The translations under genes were made by a program, and so were the position numbers. Shown in pieces: positions 58,758 to 64,000 of a DNA stretch of 64,000 nt (position 1 is its first letter; the number at the start of each line of letters is the position of its first letter). The notes below the pieces were generated by a model. The model was not told the origin of the DNA and ran no database searches. It saw only the letters and a program-made list of their open reading frames with translations. Source of the DNA: Psammoneis japonica (taxonomy: Eukaryota); NCBI GenBank assembly GCA_008632985.1, contig QPGO01000067.1:62001-126000 (forward strand), read 5' to 3'.

Positions 58758-60926
58758 TCACCTCCTCCTCCTCGTCAAAACAGAAGCGACAGAAGCAGTT
58801 GCGATCGCGGCGAGAAAGCCCGTCAGGATGAAGCGCCACTTATTGCCACTCTTAATTCCCGGAATAATACTCTCACGATTCCGTTGAAAAGACGTAAATG
58901 ATAAAGCACCATCTGCTTCGTTTCTCGTTGAAGCTACCACGATAGATAACATCTGCTCTCTGTAATCTTTGTTTTCCTCCAAAAGTGGTGGCAGAAAGTA
59001 CCTGATTCGTCGTAGTGATGACTCATCGGTCGGGCGTTTTCGCGCTACTAGTACTAGCAGCTGTAGCGAGCAAATTGCGTCACAAAAAACGTCTTCCTTC
59101 TTTGCCACATGGCTTCTCCACTCGACTAATTCCTTGTAGAGCATCGTGTTTGAGTTGGTCCATTTCAGTTCCCCGGTGGCAGCGCGCTTCATGGTATCAA
59201 GAAGCTCAGAGCATTTCATAGGTGGTTCCGGCTTGCTCTTCCAGAAGCGCAAGCAGCTCTGCTGACTACGCGTGATTACTCTCATTAGATTTGCTTGCAT
59301 ACGCAACTCCGATGCGGTGAACAATGACTTCTTGCCTTGGACACAGACTTGTGCTGGATCATGGGTATTTGTTTGACTAGACAGAAGAAAGTCAGCTTCA
59401 TTCGAACTCTCGGGAGATGAGCCTTGCGGTTCCTGTGTATCAATGAAGCTTTCGTCCACGTCGCCTTCATATTGCTGAATCGACCTGAGCGTTTCAGATA
59501 AAGCATTTGCGACCAAGTAGTCCTCTGCTTTTTGGTCTATACCCGATGTATCCCATAGCTCTCTTCGAGTGAGATCTCTCATCATCAGACGCCGAAGCGC
59601 TACAAGATAATGTACGTCAGTTCGTGCATATTTGAGCAACGGGTCCGTCAGAGGTCTCTGCGTCCAGTCAGAGTTTTGGTAGTTTTCTTTCAGCAGCTCG
59701 TATTCAGCACTGTTTCGAAGGCCGTAATGCTTGCAAACAGATGCCAATCCATGGCTTTTCAGCCTTAGGATTCTAGCTGCCTCATATGTGTCAAATGCGT
59801 TGACGACAAAGATTCCGAAATCTCGATGCAGAGAACCCACGTCCAAACCGCCAATGGCGTGGCCAACTTTACAAATTCTTGGATCCGCGAAAAGAGGCGC
59901 CAATGAACCCACCTCATCCCATACCCCGGGAGCCAAAACGTCAATAATGTAGTCCTTCTCTAAATTGCTGGATAATTGTATAAGACATGTCACTTGGTAG
60001 TATTTTGATGGATTGTACATTTCCAGATCAAATCCAATTTCCGTTGGAGAACTCTCCAGAAGTTCTTTGACGCAATCTTTCATTTTATCTGCCGTGTCAA
60101 CAAGATTCCATGAACTGCTACATTCACTCATTACATGTGATACAGAAGACAAGTCCATGTCATGCATTTTCTCAAAGTCCAGCGTGTCGTGTGCGTCCCG
60201 CAGGCACATGCCCGGTTGATCCAGTAGGCGCTCAATAGCTTCGCGCCCTTTTCGCGTCGCCTCCACAACATGACTTGGCGGTTGTTCAAGATATCCATCA
60301 ATGCCTGCATTATCAGACTCTGTGTCATCTTCAAACTGGTCAGGAGTATCGCGACGACAATACCATGGGTGGCAGTACTTTAGAGACGCTCTTGCTGGCC
60401 GTAGCCCTTTCACCGAATGAAACCCATTAGCGTGAATAGATATGACGATATATCGGTTTCCCGCATCATCGGCATCTGCACTAGCATGAAAGATATCCAC
60501 TTGATATGCAAACGGGGGGATAAAGGTGTGAGGAGTTTGGGGGCTTGAACAGCATTGATAAACACACAGGAGCAATTTACCGTCAACGCAAATCTCATGA
60601 ACAACGCGCCGCTGTTTCGGCGTCAGTGTCTCTGGCAACGACAAATAAGGCCTGACTAGATTTTCTTTGTTTAGAGGAGGAAACGAGTGTCCCGCGATTA
60701 ACACTGGATCACTTTCAGAATAATCGACAACAGAGGATGAGCACGATTCCGTTGGCGGCACCGCGGCACATTCACGGTGCGCCCCGTCACGGTACTCTGT
60801 CAGGTAGGCCGTTATTCTCTGGCGATCTGAATGAGTAAAGGCATTTGACGACGAGGTACTGCCGTCCAAATCATCGCTTGGGTAGCCATTCCTGCTGCGG
60901 TTCTTCTTTCGTTTCCATCGTCCCAT
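58758..60926 (-). CDS. RRP6-like DEDDy 3'-5' exonuclease with HRDC domain
   Basis: IGFDLE..TCLIQLS..FADPRICKVGH..LHRDFGIFVVNAFDT..SDWTQRPL..YARTDVHYL and HRDC motif LVEWRSHVAKKED. Probable in-frame intron at about 60.50-60.58 kb. Confidence 0.85.
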   Translation of the reverse strand: MGRWKRKKNRSRNGYPSDDLDGSTSSSNAFTHSDRQRITAYLTEYRDGAHRECAAVPPTESCSSSVVDYSESDPVLIAGHSFPPLNKENLVRPYLSLPETLTPKQRRVVHEICVDGKLLLCVYQCCSSPQTPHTFIPPFAYQVDIFHASADADDAGNRYIVISIHANGFHSVKGLRPARASLKYCHPWYCRRDTPDQFEDDTESDNAGIDGYLEQPPSHVVEATRKGREAIERLLDQPGMCLRDAHDTLDFEKMHDMDLSSVSHVMSECSSSWNLVDTADKMKDCVKELLESSPTEIGFDLEMYNPSKYYQVTCLIQLSSNLEKDYIIDVLAPGVWDEVGSLAPLFADPRICKVGHAIGGLDVGSLHRDFGIFVVNAFDTYEAARILRLKSHGLASVCKHYGLRNSAEYELLKENYQNSDWTQRPLTDPLLKYARTDVHYLVALRRLMMRDLTRRELWDTSGIDQKAEDYLVANALSETLRSIQQYEGDVDESFIDTQEPQGSSPESSNEADFLLSSQTNTHDPAQVCVQGKKSLFTASELRMQANLMRVITRSQQSCLRFWKSKPEPPMKCSELLDTMKRAATGELKWTNSNTMLYKELVEWRSHVAKKEDVFCDAICSLQLLVLVARKRPTDESSLRRIRYFLPPLLEENKDYREQMLSIVVASTRNEADGALSFTSFQRNRESIIPGIKSGNKWRFILTGFLAAIATASVASVLTRRRR

Positions 60927-61718
60927 CGTGAGTCGTGAGGGGCGCAAAAATTGTGAAATGAGCAAAATCTGCGCCGGAAGGTGAACGGACGCTTGCCCGC
61001 GTATTGCCGCGCCGTCCTACCTGCGTGCGCGCGCCCTCTCACCAACGCCCGCCCGCCTGCGTGTTTCGACTTTCGACGATGGCCCACTTATTGAACTTGG
61101 ACCGCATTCGCAAAGCCAGAAGCGAAATTGCGTTTGTGCAAAGTTGGTTGACCATACGTTGTGACTTCGATGACGCTTGGATGATTCGTTTCGATTAAGC
61201 ATACCATAATACCGACTCGCTATGAGAAGGTTTGTCTCTGGCTGTATGATAGGTATGAGGTGACGTGGATGTGGCTGGAACTGATTCCTGATCGATAGGG
61301 CCCTAGTGTGTCGTCATGTCAAACATCCTTCTGCCGACCGACTGTGCTTCGCACCTTCATGGGCCCTGCTTGTAAGAGCGAGTCGCGGGGCTGCGTGGTC
61401 GAGAGAGGAATAGTGGTACCGGCGGCTGGAGTGATTTCGAATGCGGTGTCATCACAACTTTGTAACATCCTGCATGTCAGGTGCTGGTTTCTCGCTTGAG
61501 CAAGCAACGTACAGCATTTATCTTGGCGCTAGAATGCATCATTCCTGCTCTGGATAGTTCAAGAGCGTTTTACGACAAGAAAGGCATACGTGCTCATGGT
61601 CACTTGCATTGTAATATCGATCAGGTAAGATACATCTTTGTTCTGGTGAACACTTCACTATTTCGTTTAAGCCTAACCACTACTGTTCTACTTTTTCCAC
61701 CAAGTCTTGTGTGTTTCT

Positions 61719-63197
61719 TTACATGAAGAGCGCTCCCACGGTAGCCACTAGGCCCAAACCCAAACGAGTAGTCTTGTTGCTGCCAGCCGAGGGCGTGGGA
61801 GCAGGAGTACTAGGCGTGGGTTGCTTGGTACCATGTCCGTGATCGTCTTCACCGCACATAGCCGTGGGAGGAATGCCACCCACAATTCCTTCGTACGGGG
61901 TAAAGTCCAGCTGCGACGAGGTGATTTCCATTTCACCATCATCCACGTGCTCCAGGTCCACCGCGAACAAGGTCTTGGTAGGGATGTGGAGGACAAAGGC
62001 CTGGGCGACGCCAGGAATTAACTCTGCTTCAGTACAGGCTTGCATGCCCTCAACGACTTGGACCTTGGCGAGCTCGGTAAAGTCAGGAATAGAGAAGGCG
62101 TGCAACATGCCGTTGGGCATAAGTACCATTACGTATTCGCCATGACCAACTTCATAGGCAAAGCCACACTGGCGTTCCGTGCCGAGTGACAAGACGTGGT
62201 CCTCCGTCAGCACCGTTTCGGACTGCTTGAAGGCCATTAGGTTGTAACTACCAGAGCCGCCAAAGTTGCCGACAACGTACTCTTGTTCGTGGTGGTCGGT
62301 GAAGCTTCCCGTGCGGTGTTCCGGAAAGGAGTCTGGGTATTCGAGAGCCCGGGTCTGGTACGACATGGAGGGAGAGGCGTAGTCGATTCGGAGAATGCCG
62401 CCGTGTTCAACGTCGCAGGCCAAGGCAAAGGTGTCCGCCTGGACAGCCTCTCCATGGAAACCAGAGCATGACGTATCAGGACTCGCGGTGTCGGCGATCT
62501 CGTGCAAGACGTTACCCTCGTAGTCGACGACCTGAAAGGTGGCAGGCAAGGACGTGCTACCCTCGACTCCGTTGAGTCGGTCTTCAACAGGAAGGGAGTA
62601 CAAAAGATGATCTTCATCGACCGAAATGGCCACACCGTGGTGGCTTCCTTCAAGAGTGATGTTGTGGATAATGGCACTCTCTGTGGCGGATCCGAACTTG
62701 TCCTCGTCCAATACCCACACGGTTGAGTTTATCGTGGGATCCGCATCAAAGCTACCGTCGCAGAAAATGGCAATATCCCCATTGTGACGGACAAAATGGA
62801 TAGCCCGAGCACATTGAAATTGCGCATTCTCCACCATGGAAAGAGGACCGTACTCGACCGCGTCGTGGTCACCGTGGGACTCGACGCGAACTCCAGTGTT
62901 GATCCAACTTACCACGCCATCGGAATAGAACTTCTCTTCCATACCGCGGTAAATGGCTGCCACTGTGGCACCGTCCGAGGTCAAACCAAAACTGACGCCC
63001 GGGCCAGCCGCACCGGGGACGTCCATGGTGGTTTCCTGGACCAAATTGGCAAGATTGCCATCCGACACGTCAAAGATGCGGACCGTGGCATCGTCCGTTG
63101 ACGATAAAAAGAGCTTGCCATGAGTGCATTCGAGCTCGGCGACTGCGCTCTTTGCCATGAGCCAAGAGCAAAAGAGAGCAAAGGATGGAAGCTTCAT
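61719..63197 (-). CDS. Secreted AztD-like His-rich beta-propeller metal-binding protein with a GPI-like tail
   Basis: Signal peptide. Motifs ESHGDH, IHFVRH..AIFCDG, HHGVA and CSGFHGEA. A P/T linker precedes a hydrophobic C-terminus. Confidence 0.65.
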   Translation of the reverse strand: MKLPSFALFCSWLMAKSAVAELECTHGKLFLSSTDDATVRIFDVSDGNLANLVQETTMDVPGAAGPGVSFGLTSDGATVAAIYRGMEEKFYSDGVVSWINTGVRVESHGDHDAVEYGPLSMVENAQFQCARAIHFVRHNGDIAIFCDGSFDADPTINSTVWVLDEDKFGSATESAIIHNITLEGSHHGVAISVDEDHLLYSLPVEDRLNGVEGSTSLPATFQVVDYEGNVLHEIADTASPDTSCSGFHGEAVQADTFALACDVEHGGILRIDYASPSMSYQTRALEYPDSFPEHRTGSFTDHHEQEYVVGNFGGSGSYNLMAFKQSETVLTEDHVLSLGTERQCGFAYEVGHGEYVMVLMPNGMLHAFSIPDFTELAKVQVVEGMQACTEAELIPGVAQAFVLHIPTKTLFAVDLEHVDDGEMEITSSQLDFTPYEGIVGGIPPTAMCGEDDHGHGTKQPTPSTPAPTPSAGSNKTTRLGLGLVATVGALFM

Positions 63198-64000
63198 GGT
63201 ACAATCGATTGTTTGTTTTGGTTGCTGTCTCGAGAAAATGAGAACTGCGAATGGCCTCGAGCAAACGCCGCAGCAAGACAATACCAGATGTACCTGTACC
63301 TACTGTATCATAGGATTCGGATCTGGAAGGACCACAAAAGATCGTGAGAACGCAAATACTGGATACTACTTGTTGACACTTCGTCGCAGACGCGCGGGAA
63401 TCTCGTTTGAAATTTCACATGTTTAGGCCAAAAGTGGCCTTTTGAGGCTGTTTTGGGGCTATTGGATACGTCAGCTCAGTTTAGGTAACAAGAGCTCCAG
63501 GCCTAAGAGAGGCTAAGTTTCACCGATGTTTTGACGGTGAGTACTAGTAGAGAGCTAGTAGTAGAGTCGCACCGTAGATCCAATCAATTGTGTTCATCAA
63601 GAGCATGATTGGTGCCGATCTTTCGGTTTCAGGGCCTGGTAAAGCCTCATGACGCTCCGGTAGCTTCAGAACAAGGGACTGACGGCCATTTTCGCACGAT
63701 TCAGTCACGATGGAAGTGAGGAAAGGGACCGGAGTTACCCGCACAACGTAGTTCAGAGCGAAAGAATTGAAAAGACATCACCGAGCATCCATCATTTCCC
63801 GATTAGAGAGCAAATCGTTGCCGGCTTGACAATGAATAACCCGTGCAAACAGATTTTCATTATGGTCACTCTCCTTGCGATCCGCGTTGCGCCTGCCGAG
63901 GTGTGCAATTCCAATGCTGACTGTTCCAATGGGGGTGCATGCGAATCTTTTGATTTCGCCTCTGGAGGTCACCCTGCCATTGAGGCAAAGTGTAAATGCC

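Noticed and set aside
63544..64000. Gene at the right edge of the window
   Set aside because: Only short ORFs with no recognisable motif are present, and any gene would be truncated by the window.

Overview
Eukaryotic nuclear DNA, most likely from a diatom. Evidence: short GT-AG introns, bipartite plastid presequences with an AFAP-type motif, psb31 and a DUF6824 protein. Gene-rich flanks (1-16.7 kb and 48.5-64 kb) encode a CRAL-TRIO protein, a SnoaL-like protein, a multi-C2 membrane protein, Psb31, a small thylakoid protein, a J-like protein, UCH37, a Skp1-like protein, two ARM-like secreted paralogues, two TylF-family O-methyltransferases, gelsolin, DUF6824, CtpA, an RRP6-like exonuclease and an AztD-like protein. 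The centre holds two blocks of about 13 kb (about 16.8-30.2 kb and 33.9-47.2 kb) of decayed transposons and gene fragments (hAT, Ty3/gypsy, METH, a possible histone fold). In these blocks both CpG and TpA are almost eliminated in favour of TpG/CpA. Pairs of homologous sequence inside and outside the blocks show the direction: CG->TG/CA and, unusually, TA->TG/CA, which is the reverse of fungal RIP. The process has a sequence-context bias, sharp or graded boundaries and locally spared islands. I interpret it as a candidate domain-targeted hypermutation (genome defence) system. All alignments and counts were made by eye.
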